Of a stretch of DNA of 64,000 nucleotides, positions 14,415 to 26,733 are shown piece by piece. Source of the DNA: Somniosus microcephalus. Lineage: Eukaryota. The position numbers and the translations under genes were made by a program. The stretch lies in NCBI GenBank assembly GCA_052327205.1, contig CM126223.1, positions 57,908,001 through 57,972,000 on the forward strand, read 5' to 3'. The notes beneath the pieces were generated by a model. The model saw only the letters and a list, made by a program, of their open reading frames with translations, did no database searches and had not been told where the DNA came from. How positions within the stretch are numbered: the first letter of the stretch is position 1; the number at the start of each line of letters is the position of its first letter.

Positions 14415-17169
14415 ATTAGGGCAGTCTTGATTGCTACTACTCAACCAACCAACCTTAACCAATGTATTTCTTCCACACACCACCACCCTGCCCCCCCAAG
14501 CAATTGATAGCCTGCTGCCAATCTGTACCAAGGCTCACTTATTAATAATGATCACTTGGGCAAGATACTGGAAGGTGCCTGGTACCATACCTCAGGGAGG
14601 AGAGAAAATTGGAAAGGGTACTTTTTTTTCCCCAAGGGGGAACAAAAACTAAGATATGTATGCCTTTTAAGTTTAAACAAAGGAGTTTATCTTTAAGTGG
14701 CACTCAGGCAGTATAGATGACAATTAGATTCAAATATGTATGAGGAGACTTTGCCAGCTACAACATTGATCTTGGTCTCAGTGCTATATGTGTTTTGCTA
14801 AACACAATCTGTCAATCAATTAACTCACCTGTCAAGTTTGCAAAGAATTCTTTGACTTTTGAAAGAATGCTGGTGAGCGGTAGAATATGAAACGCAACTG
14901 GTGCAACATGTTCTTCAATTTCAACTCTGACCTATTTAGGCGAATTTCATCAAGTTTTCAGTTGTGTAATGAAGTATGCATCCCTGGTCAGTCTCATTCA
15001 ACAACATAAGTAGGGTGGCACCAAGAAGCAGCAGTGGGCAACCTCAAAGAAAGCTAGAAATGATGTATTTTAAAATAGCTTGGCTATAACTTTCTGGTCA
15101 AAATTGCAACAAAGTTGTACAAAAAAAATGATTGCGACTCAAATTAATTTGACCTCTTGTTTTATAGTGACGGGCCATTATCTCACTCAAAATAAATATT
15201 TGGTAATGACTGGAATTGAAAGTCACCTATCCACACAGATTACATGAAATCCAGTTGAAAAAGCAGTGCAATTTCTTGATCCCTACTAAAAAAAAAAACA
15301 TTTATAATAGGTTTTGGTGTTTGAGAACAACAATGACATTAATTGCACATCCAATGAAATGAGTGGAAACTGGAGTTTTGTTTAACGGGGAAATGCCTGC
15401 TTTGCATAAACTAAATATCTCTGCAATTGTCACTGGAAATGAAACATGATCTGTTTAATGCAAAATAGATCTCAGATTGCATATATTTTTATATATTCAC
15501 AGCAATTTCTTCCAGTTCATTTACGTGAGTTGGGATTTGGTGGAATTGTTATAATGGACGTAAGCAGTCATAGATGTGGCTATGGGCTATTCTTTTCTGC
15601 TTTGAGGGTATGCAGCTTTGCATCATAATATCTACACAAGCTAGTTCTTTTTCCAATTGTGTACATTTTTTTAAAAGTCAGGTTTGACCTCTGCTTTCAC
15701 CCTTAATGGAGATTCAGTTAGGATTTGGTAAAATGTTTGTAATAAGATATAAAAATGGACACTGATCTACTGTGAAGGTCATGCTGTGATTCTTTCTAAT
15801 CTGTTGTCCTGTCTAGGAGCTGAAGTATGGCATTGGATATAAAATTGACACCAAAATAAGAAACCTGCTGCTGCCACTTGCAGCTGTGATACCCCAGGTC
15901 ACTGCTGGAAGTATTCTGGAGAGGCACTGCTACACTTTTGGGAAGTGAAGGAAACTGATTATTCTCCACTCCCCATCTCACTCTATTTCATCATGCTGCT
16001 CAGAGAACATATGCAGTCTCTTTTTTTTCTCCCCCCCGCCCCTTCCAATGTCCACTCCTGCCCTCTTTCCGCGCCCCCTCCCCCACTATACTGCGTAGTC
16101 CAAATATATTACTTGGGATAAAAGAGCATATCCTACAGATCACAATGAGCAGTGACACAGGCGAACCAGTTTCTTAAAATGTTCTATCACACCTGCACAA
16201 GATGGCTCAAATATATTAATAAAATAACATCACAACTGGATTGTCTTAACTTCTCTCAGCAGCGACACTTGGCCTCTAATTGGTTTTGGGATGTGTTTCA
16301 GATTTACAACTAGCTGCCAATCTAGACACACGTTTCCCTCGACAAAAGAAAATGACCTCAGCATGTACATATTTAGAGCATTTGATCGCAGAGTATATTC
16401 TTTATGGCCTTAAAGGAATAGACCAAATAAAATGCAGCTCCACAATAATGTATTTTAAAAAATCTTGCATCTGTGCACATGTCTTGTCTATAAAACCTTA
16501 TTTATGCTGTTACATTTTGGTCACACTTCTGTCAACTATTCCACTATAAATTCCTGTGTCCACACTTCTAATGGAACTGCCTATGTAAACTGATGCACCC
16601 TTCCACCAGTGGTGGCACTGTAAGTCCTAATTTTACATCTCCCAGCTCCTCTGCTTGTACTCCTGAGAAACTCCTGTTCCAACTCTGCTTCCCAAATTTT
16701 ATTAAGTTTTGTGATTTCACTATAAAGTAAAACCAAATATTATATAAAAGAGGGAATGTATGACTTTAAAAACGGGACTGAATAAGTCTGTGTGCTCAAG
16801 CCCAATTATCCACTAACCCTGCTTCATCTGAAGACACTACTTGTGCAATGCCACAGGAAGTCAACTAGTGTATTGTATGTGACATGGTATAATGCACAAA
16901 ATACTATATAATAAAAAGGGAGTATTTACATCTTGATGGAACTTTTCTAATAGGTGTTAATAGACTGTCTTGAGGAAACCAGTTTTAAGATATTGTATGC
17001 TCTTAAGCAATGCCATAGGAGATCTTCCAGTATGAGTTGGACAAGAATATAGTGAGCAAAATCTCATTTTTACCAAAATGGGAGACATAGCAAATAATGA
17101 GCAACAGTGTAGCCAGATTTGGAAGGAATGACATTTTTAGGCTGTTGATGTAATTCGGTGCAGAAAATG

Positions 17170-17730
17170 TGTAAAATAATAAGTATAGAAAGAAAATGAG
17201 GGAGAAATGTAAATGGAACAGTAGTGCAGCGGCTGATCATGAGCAAGATCTTTGGGATTATAGCGGATGATCAACACAGCATGAGCTGCAGTAAATGGTG
17301 AACGAGATGCTAAATTACATTAGTAGAGGGATGAAGTACTAATTGTATTGTTGCTTTATAAAGCATTGGTCAAACCTCACCTTGATGTATTGCGTGCAGT
17401 TCTGGCTTTCTAATTTATAAGATATTGCCCTTGAGAGGGTATTCCGATGAGCAACAAAGACAATTCTGGATATTGGGAATTTTAAGTTTGAGGAAAGGTT
17501 ATGGTTGTTGGGCTTTTATTTTGAAAAGAGCAGACTTTGAGGTTATTAAATTGAACTTTTCAACATTATAAAAGAAATTAACATTTTCCAGACAAGTATT
17601 TCATTCTGGTAAGGGGTTCAAATGTTAGCAATCACCAGTTTAAAGAGTTTGGGCAGGAAAGGACCATGGCAGCCCATAAGGAGATAATTGGATGCATTTT
17701 AGAAAAGAGAATGGATTGAGGAATATAGTA
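17170..17730 (+). mobile_element. Degraded CR1 fragment
   Basis: Encodes LYKALVKPHL and YCVQFW-like peptides at about 17355-17405. Confidence 0.7.
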
Positions 17731-18063
17731 CAGGAAACTCTTTATTATCCGGCACCAACGGGACCGGCTTGGTGCCGGTTTATCAAAAAGTCCGGATTAC
17801 AGCGAGGTATAGTTAAACGGTACGAGAGCTCCGTACATAGCAACAAATCCAGGCTTCCCTGTTGCTTAGCAACATGTGCAGGAACTCCGGCCACAGATCA
17901 AGCGTCCCTGTTGCTTAGCAACAAGTGCACAAACCCCAGTTACACAGCCACAGATCCAGGAACTGCCACTAATATGAAGTAAAACTTACCTGAACCTACT
18001 CCTGAATTTTGCCAGTTAAGAGATTTCCGGTTATTTAAGTGCCGGTAAATCGAGAGTTTCCTG
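17731..18063. mobile_element. Tc1/mariner (pogo/Tigger-like) MITE with family C termini and a different interior
   Basis: TA|CAGGAAACTCT ... AGAGTTTCCTG|TA. Contains a duplicated CCCTGTTGCTTAGCAACA and sits in the 3' end of a CR1 fragment. Confidence 0.85.
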
Positions 18064-19512
18064 TATGTAGGTGAGGTTGATCAATTTTTTTTTTAAGGGT
18101 CTTTTGTTTTGGTTTATTGCTTTTTCCCCTGTTCTGAAAGTTATGTTAATATTCAGGTACTGAATTTGTGATTATGCTGCTAGCCAGTGATAAGTGACAC
18201 TTTTTAGAAGTTCTGCCTTTCTGTCTCTTATTACACTCGCCATGTTGGATTCTTAATGTAGTTTTTTTCTTTTTTTTCTACCCCCCACCCCCAATGTTTC
18301 CCTGACTCTACAGTGTGGCACAAAGGAAATGTCTTGACCCAGAAAAGCATGCAATGCCTTTTCTTCATCTTCTCCCTCTTTGGCTGGAATCCTTCACTTT
18401 CTATCTTGAAGTGCTGCCACCATCTCCTTGCACTCTGCAGTCTGTCACTAGTACATATTTGATAGGAAAAAGTCAAATACTATGACCGTACCACATTTGT
18501 CACTGTGGCTGGCCCATGATTAATTTAGAGTGTGGTTATAACCCAACTAATTGAGGTTCAACCATAGAAACTTCACGGAGTCTCCAATTCGAAAATCAAA
18601 ACTTGCACTTAAATATACAGAGTAAAGCCCTTAAATGGCCTGGGTAAGGATGGAAAACCAAATGTGGTGCAGTTGGGCCAAATTACAATGTAAAATTTTC
18701 TTTTTCTGTCAATTTTCTTCCTCTCTCCTGAAGGCGGACACGCACAGTTCCATGAGCAACCCCTACTACCTTGCCCAATTGAGCATTCCTTATGGGTGAA
18801 CCTAAGCAGTGAGTCTTGGCAGGCTGTTCATCCATAGGAAACATCTCAACCCAGCTGAGCTGGAACCTGTCCTTGCCCAACAGCACAAGTACACACTTCA
18901 GGGATCATTGAATAGCAATCAGGAGTGGGAAGCTTAAAATTTCCTCCCTGACCAAGGGGTGAAGAGTCTAATTATAGTGCCTAGCTACTTCCCCCAAGAT
19001 CAGGCAATTCAGCACAGACTGGCCATTGAACTTGAGACCTTCTGGGTCTATATAGCACTTCACCAGCTGAGCCAGTGAAGCAAAATGTCAGCATTTTATG
19101 CCTCCTGAATGTATATTCCATTTTTGTTTACTTGAAGTTGTTCAATTAATGTAATATTTTCAATATATTCTGCAGAGTGTTGATTCATATTCCGGTAACT
19201 CTTAACCATTTTTTTGTACCTGTATACTGTTCAGCTGGGTGTGTCATTCCTTTGTAATCCAATATAAAGCGCATTATTCAGGTCACTTTGTTGCTCGTCA
19301 GCAGGTTTATTAAGTGGTTTTGGTTTTTATAGTACCTCTGACCTTAAACTGCAAAACTCATTGCATGGTGAGGTCAGTTGCTTTTTTTAAAAATCCCCTT
19401 TGAGTTTGATGAACATCATTCGTATGTAGAAAGTAAGTATTTTAAATTGCTTTGAGATTTTATGTTTAAGGAATTTATTGCAGGCATCCCAAACCATTTT
19501 GTTTTCTTGCAG

Positions 19513-19722
19513 ATCTGTGACTTTGGTCTTGCCAGAGTAGAAGAACTTGATGAGTCCCGTCACATGACCCAGGAAGTTGTCACTCAGTATTACCGAGCAC
19601 CAGAGATTCTGATGGGCAGTCGCCATTATACTAATGCCATTGATATCTGGTCTGTAGGGTGCATCTTTGCAGAGCTTTTAGGCCGTAGAATCTTATTCCA
19701 GGCTCAAAGTCCCATTCAGCAG
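19513..19722 (+). CDS. NLK: NLK coding exon (about exon 6): ICDFGLARVEELDESRHMTQEVVTQYYRAPE...QAQSPIQQ
   Basis: ttcttgcag acceptor and CAG|gtaatc donor. 210 bp with DFG, the NLK-type TQE activation segment and APE. Confidence 0.98.
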
Positions 19723-20144
19723 GTAATCCAGCTAACTGAAGTATATTTTTGTCGTAGTAAAGGTGTCTTGTGTTTTAAAGGCATGGAATTCATGTGTACT
19801 GAATTGTATGCTCCACTGTTTTGTTGATAGCCCCACTTTTAGACTGTCATTGCAAAACATTCATCTACCATTTCTTCTCGTAAGCCCCAAATGTGTAGCA
19901 GGTTTTGTTAAGTTTAAACTAGACATGGTATTGATTCATCCCAGTAGTAATTAGATTTGAACCTTTATTTGTAAACCACCTATCCGTAAAAACACAAGTC
20001 AATCCTACAGGTGATAATAGATGGGTGAGAGATAAAATGAAAAACTGGAAATGCACAGCAGGATCATCAACTTTTTTCAAAAAATAATGATTGAAACCAG
20101 TACTGAGATCTTACAAATTTGTTTGTAAATCTTACCAATGCAGT

Positions 20145-20812
20145 CATAGGAAGAAGGAGCAGGATTATGCCATTCAGCCCCTCGAGCTTGTTCTACCATT
20201 CAACTAGATCATAACTGATCTGTACTTCAACTCAATTTACCTGCCTTGCTCTGTATCCTTTGATACCCCTACTTAACAAAAATCTATCAATCTCAATCTT
20301 GAAAATTTCAATTGACCCAGCATCCACAAAGTTTTGGGGAATTGTTCCAGATTTTCACTACGCATTGCGTCAAAAAGTGCTTCCTGATTTTTCTCCTAAA
20401 TGGCCTGGCTCTAATGTTAAGATTATGTCCCCTTGTTCTGGATTCCCCCACCAAAGTAAATCATTTCTCTGTATCTACCCTTCTGAATCCCTTTACCATT
20501 TCAAAAGACTTCGATTAGATTATCCCTCAACTTTCTAAACTCAAGGGAATACAATTACATTTTTGTACCTGTGTATCCGCTTTTAGTGATTTGTGTACAT
20601 GGGCACGTAAATCGCTTTGCTCTTCCACAGCTCCTAGTGTCTCACTACTAAGAAAATATTCGGATTTGGCTTTCCCTGATCCAGAGTGGATGACCTCACA
20701 CTTCCCCACATTGAACTCTTATCTGCCATAGTTTTTCCCCACTCAATTGGTCTGTGTATGTCTCTTTGTAACTTCCTGCTCCCATCTACGCAATTTACTG
20801 TGCCTCCTAACT
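20145..20812 (-). mobile_element. CR1-type LINE 3' fragment
   Basis: Minus-strand ORF KCEVIHSG...LGAVEEQSDLRAHVHKSLK resembles the CR1 ORF2 C-terminus, and a CR1-type tail lies at the left end. Confidence 0.85.
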
Positions 20813-22238
20813 AATGAAGTGGTTATTGAACCAAACTTTTAATCCATGGGTTTTGTACTGACTTCAGCTGGCAAGAGTGAATTGTTGAGCAGCATGAAAC
20901 TGGTTTGATATTACACCAACTATTCAGTCATTCAATTTGCATAAGGATACACAAGTCATGATGCAAATTTTGTAGTCCATGTTTTTGTACATGAATGTAT
21001 TCTGAGGAGGGCGAAGTTGCCTCACTGTGAAATGCATTGCAAACAGGAACAGTTTTCCTTGCACTACTTCTGTGAAGAAAGTGGTATATTAATCTCACAG
21101 GGTAAATAAGCTGAAGGGTAGTTCATTGCACCCAAAAGAAAATTGTTTAGAAAGCTAAACCTATAGATTTCATAGCTGGAATGGGCGCTTGTCTAAATAC
21201 ATTATTTATTTTAGACCACTTTCCAAAGCCTTGTATCTATATAAAGAATCTGGCTATGTATGCAATGTTATATGTCAGTTCAATTTTATGTGTAATACTC
21301 TTGTGATCCTCTAATGTTAATTGACCTATGCTAGGTTATACCAGAGACCAATCATCCCATTTGGTCTGCACTAGCCATGTGACACCATGGACCACAGTCA
21401 GATCTCTCCGGAGCATGTGACGCCATTTTTTATTTCATGTACTTTTATTTGTAGCTTTCTTATTTAGCTTGTTGAATCGGAAATCTGTCACAATTCAAAT
21501 TGTAAAGTTTAGATGTTAATATCCAAGATGTAATGGGTCACTTGAAATTTAAGTAGTCCTTGCTTGCTTTCCCCAGACTAGAGTTATACAGTGGTATGCA
21601 AAATATCACTTGAGAGGCATTATTCCTACACAAATACAGTTTGATTGCAAAGCAAGGAAATATTACAACACCGACTGCTTGCTTTGTTCTGAAATCAATC
21701 AAATGAAGTTGGTGCTTTAGCACATGCAGGTGGACTGGGTCTTGCACCTGGTGATTCAATAAACCATTGCGTTGATGAATTGGGTTCAACTATGGGAGGT
21801 GCCTTTTGTCCTTCTATAGCCCGGTTTCCAACTTCAAAAGATATGAGGTGTATCCCAGGCAGTGGGCTCCCAGTTTGCTACTTCTATTGATCACTGTGCC
21901 ACATCTCACGTGGAGGTGTTCTCGTGGAACTCTGAGCAAATGCATGGGTTACAAAACAGCTGCTATTTTGTGTTCTCACTTTCTGAAGTTGAGATCATCA
22001 TGAGATGGCTCGTGCTAGTGACCTTACTGGAGTGTTCTAAGGTGCATAGCGCAAAAGAAATATTTAGGTAACCCCAAAAAAGAAATGGTCTCTTCCCTTT
22101 CAAAAAAAAAATGTCATTCTCCCGCTCAGCCTTGGCTTCCCTGCTCAGCCAGGCCTGAATCCGCAGTCCCCCCCCTCCGAACATGTCCAAGGCTGATGTC
22201 CCAGTCCACCCTACCTCCATGTCCTCTCTGCTCTCAAT

Positions 22239-22470
22239 TTCGAAGAAGAGCAGGGGAGTTATCCCCGGTGTCCTGGCCAATATTTCTCCCTCAACCAACA
22301 TAACAAAAACTGATTATCTGGTCATTTTCACATTGCTGTTTGTGGGAGCTGGCTGCCGCGTTTCCCGCATTACAACAATGACTCCACTTCAAAAGTACTT
22401 CATTAGTTGTAAAGCACTTTGAGACATCCGGTGGTCGTGAAAGGCGCTATATAAATGCAAGTCTCTTTCA
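22239..22470 (+). mobile_element. SacSINE1/DeuSINE-like SINE 3' half
   Basis: GAAGAAGAGCAGGGGAGTT...GTCCTGGCCAATATTT...GAAAGGCGCTATATAAATGCAAGTC. Confidence 0.75.
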
Positions 22471-22773
22471 ACCCAATTGTCGACCAGACAGGATACTCAG
22501 TCAGCTACAGAACCGATTCGCGGGAGCAAACTAATCTCTCTGTCTACCAAAAATGCTGCCGGATCAGCTGTTCCTGTATCAGCTGATTTTTGCCAGATGT
22601 CCCTTATTTAAGTTGCTGCTTGAAGGTGGAATTGGGTGCAGAATCAAAAGCGCTTGTGTGTTTAAAAAAATTATCACCAGTGCAGAGGTAACTGGGTAAA
22701 TGTCCGTGTCTGCAACGTTGCTTGACTTATGGGTGGATCATAGATTTTTGCTGGAAAATGGGGCGGTCATATT

Positions 22774-23528
22774 GGCCCAGAAATTCGGGTCGGAGGCTTC
22801 CCGCTGGTGCAAGCCTCCGACCTGCACTTACCTTGCGTGCCGGCCGTTGAGCTGTGGGCCCCCGTAGAATTGCGATCCTGGGCCTCCTCCAACTGCCGGC
22901 GCGCAGTGCTTGCGTATCCCAGGGGCACAGTTAGTTCGATGCGTCCCCTGGGATCACGTGGGCCATGGAGAGCCAATGGTAGCAGGGAATGCTCCATTCG
23001 TCAGTTTGACGAAGAGCTGTCAAACCTATAAATACTATAAGCTCCAAAACATCACTAAAACTTCAAATAATTTTTTTTTTAATCACATTTTTAAAATAAC
23101 TATAAATTACATGAAATAACTATTTTAAACAATTTAAATTTTTGAAAATTAATTAAATTTTCTAACGGGGTTAAAAATAAGCTTACCTTTCTTTAACGTG
23201 TTTAAAAATAATAAACCTGTGGGGGGAAAAATGTTTTAATTTTAATTAATTCACCACTTACCTTGTTAAAAGCAGGCCTTGCGCCTGTTTTTACATGTCT
23301 AACTTCTGAAGACTTTTTTTTTCTCCAGGTTTCTCCGGGAAGGTAAGTTCAATGTGCATGCGCTGCCTCTCCCGCGCACGCGTTCCACCTCGTAACCCCT
23401 TCTTTCAGGGGAGCGGAAGTTCCGGTTTCCCGCGCATGTGCAGTGAATGCACGAAACCGGCACTTTCGTTGGGCCTACGCGTGAGTACCCCGTGCATACT
23501 CACGCGTTGGGACCTGAATTTCTGGGCC
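22774..23528. mobile_element. MITE family A (PIF/Harbinger-like)
   Basis: Perfect 13-bp TIR GGCCCAGAAATTC / GAATTTCTGGGCC with ATT on both flanks (22771-22773, 23529-23531). Confidence 0.9.
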
Positions 23529-24633
23529 ATTATATGTAAATATGTACAGTAATCAAACAATACAAACTGAAGGAGAAATGACAGCAAGCAAAATAGACTA
23601 ATGTAAATTTGGTTTACATATAGTAGAAGAATGCAATTGAGATGATGGATTTTAGACAAAAATCTTATTGGTGCATCTAATTTAAGTATAAATCTAAATA
23701 TTATGCAAAATGAAAATTATATGTATTTGATATTGCAATTGTATGTATTGCTAACTGTTGCATATGTAAAACTTGCACTCCTGTACAATGGTGCCTCCAA
23801 AGTAGAAAAAGGTAATTATTTCTGGTAGTTACATTCAATCTGGTATAGTTTCAGTTGCTTGTCTATTCAATTAATAATTATATATCCTAGCGGAGTCAAG
23901 TGAGCAATTGATTTATGTAAGTAGCTGGCATGGGTATCTGGACCAGATTTATTTATGTAGCTGGTGTGGATAACAGGCACATTTTATTTTGTAAGCGCCT
24001 TCGGCTGTTTTCCTACGTTAAAGGTGCTACGTACTGTATATCACGTTTTTAAAAAATCCAGCAATATCACCATAATAGACCAACTGGTAATCATTAATTT
24101 CTCAGCAGCAATGAATAAATATGAGCACATTCCTGTGGGTAGTTTCTAGAAATCCTAGCATAGAACCCAGCACAATTCTATACTATTGCCAAAAGCTCTC
24201 CAGTCTATGTTCTCTTAACAACAAAATGAATGTTGTGGATAAATTTCAGGACCCTTTTTATAATTCAAACATTTATGATTAGAGTCACTGGTGTGCAAGA
24301 AGAGACATCTTTGGTTTTAATTATAAATCAGTAAAATGAAGTTTATTAAAAATCAAAACCTAGTGGTTTAAAAAATGCCAGAGTTGGACAATGTAATTTT
24401 TATTTTACAATTCAGAAACCTCATAATTCTAACTAGCCCTATGTACAGGTGAATTATCCAAGTTTCTCTCCCTTGAAATAAATGGTAAATTGCTGCATCA
24501 ACGATTCATATAGCTCTCCTTGCAGTGATTTATACCCAATTTGATTTCTAGTATTTTTTCAAAAGAAACTAACACTGATTTCAAAAGCTCCGTTTCCATG
24601 ACTCCTAAACAGTTAATTATTTATCTGTGGCAG

Positions 24634-24735
24634 TTGGACTTAATCACAGACCTATTGGGAACTCCATCACTAGAAGCCATGCGGACAGCATGTGAAGGTG
24701 CCAAGGCTCACATACTCAGGGGTCCTCATAAACAG
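24634..24735 (+). CDS. NLK: NLK coding exon (about exon 7): LDLITDLLGTPSLEAMRTACEGAKAHILRGPHKQ
   Basis: ctgtggcag acceptor and CAG|gtaaga donor. 102 bp, phase 0/0. Confidence 0.97.
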
Positions 24736-25126
24736 GTAAGATTCCTTGCATCAGATTTTGCAAACACTAAGCTCTTGGTTTGCCTGTAAACAGCACTGCT
24801 GAGTGAAAGAAAGTCACCAAGCAGATTATAAGTTTATGGGTTGTATGTATATACTTGGCAAAAAAGTTTTAAACGACAGTTCTTGTTGCTGTTTGTATGT
24901 TATCTTTATTATACAACATAATCACTTTCATAAAAGGAATCCCAGTTTAAAAATTGTTGAAATAGCTGTTATGCCAGTAACATTACTTTTTAAAATGTCA
25001 GTTTCCTCTGCACTCACTCATAATTGGGATATAGTTCCTCAGACATTGGCAGACCCTCTAGAATCTCATCCCAGAAGCCATTTATCTGTGAGCCTAGACG
25101 ATAAGTTATTCAACCATGAAGACAAT

Positions 25127-25820
25127 GGCCCAGATTTTGTGGTCAGCAGCAAATGAGCGGTGTTAGCCTTACACTTGCCCACAGACTTTCTATGGGCTTT
25201 TGAACTGGAACTTGATTGGAAATACAAAACAGTGCGATGCCCTCTACAGGGGATCTGGGACCTGAGTGAATAGGACAAGCAAATGTGTATCTCCTTAACC
25301 AATCAGATTAAAGAAACCTTACTGAGGCACGCAGAGTCTGAACCAGGAAGTGTAAGTTAGAATAGTTAATTAATGCCAAATCATGTCCAGAAAGCAAAAT
25401 AGAGAGGAACGAAAGATGGGATGGAGAGAGAGGAGACAAAGAAAAAGTTAAAAAAATATATATATTTTTTAAATCTCAACAATAATTTAAAATCTGAAGG
25501 AATGAGACTCCATACTTGTAAAAGTTAATTTTCAGTACCAGAGAGGTTGTTTGGCAATAATTAAGACTTGCTTCACTTCCACTTGAATGGACAAGCTCTA
25601 AATTTTTCTGCCGTCTAGTGGGCAAGTACCATAACTTCACGCCCTTCATGTATTTAAATGGCGAGTCTGTTCAGGAGATACCGTTAGTGAAGCTTGTGGA
25701 GGAGCAGGGCAACTCTGACAGCAACTTCCTGATTTCTGCGTTTAACTGCGCATGTGCTGATGCTGGAAGTTGCTATCCGATTTACTAGTTGACCGTTATT
25801 TCTACCGTAAAGTCCGGTCT
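25127..25820. mobile_element. MITE family B copy
   Basis: Starts GGCCCAGATTTTGTGG, with a degenerate right TIR (GTAAAGTCCGGTCT) and AAT/ATT flanks. Collinear with 37392-38123. Confidence 0.85.
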
Positions 25821-26502
25821 ATTACAACCAAGCATAATCTGTCATCACCTGATGACGTGCACTTTTCCAGCCAGTGTCACTGGATAATGATTGAATTGGA
25901 AACCTTGGAAGACCTTCTTGCTCACCAAGCCAGGGGACACTGAGATTAGCACAACTTATATTTACAACACTGCAATAGCTGAAACCAACTAATTCAGCAC
26001 ACACCACAACTTGAATAAGGATGTTTTTTAAATGTCTAATTCTACAGGAAATAAAATGTGTTTGCTATATGGCTGTTGCATGCTATGCTTGGATTTATGA
26101 ATTTGTGCCTCAGTCCACAAAAACAGTATAAATAATATGGAGTTGCTCCATTTTGTAAAGGCCTGAACTGCAAAATTGTTAGGTTCATTATAAATTGCTG
26201 CAAATCGCCTGTCATTTTCTGCAGGGATGGAAATCTCTATGTTTCGATGATTGATTTAATACTAGCTAGTTAACTGACCAAATTTAGCGAGCTGTAACTT
26301 TAAGCCCTGGGAGATTGCATTCAACGTGGATCATGCCCATTCGAACAATGTGTTTTCTGCAGGGGCTGTAGTACAAACAGGGCTTTAGATGATGCACATT
26401 TCAAAGCATTGACTTTTCTCACATTATCACTTTACAATTGCTGGATCACTATTCCTTAACCTTTGCACTTTTACCTTATTGATGAAGACAAGAATTTATT
26501 AT

Positions 26503-26733
26503 AAAAGCAAAATACTATGGATGCTGGAAATCTGAAATAATAACAGAAAATGCTGGAAATACTCAGCAGGTCAGGCAGCATCTGTGGGGAGAGAAACAGA
26601 GTTAACGTTTCAGGTCGAACTGGGGGGGAAAAAAATGTTCTGACGAAGGGTCATCGACCTGAAACATTAACTCTGTTTCTCTCTCCACAGATGCTGCCTG
26701 ACCTGAGTATTTCCAGCATTTTCTGTTTTTATT
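26503..26733. mobile_element. Penelope-like element fragment (inverted pseudo-LTR) with a hammerhead-like core
   Basis: Inverted arms (ACAGAAAATGCTGGAAATACTCAG / CTGAGTATTTCCAGCATTTTCTGT) and a 15-bp TSD ACAAGAATTTATTAT (26488-26502, 26734-26748). CTGACGA...GAAAC at 26640-26665. Confidence 0.8.

Noticed and set aside
16603-16620. CTCF-like site (CCACCAGTGGTGGCAC, also a similar one near 10389)
   Set aside because: The spacing or core does not fit the consensus well and there is no independent support.
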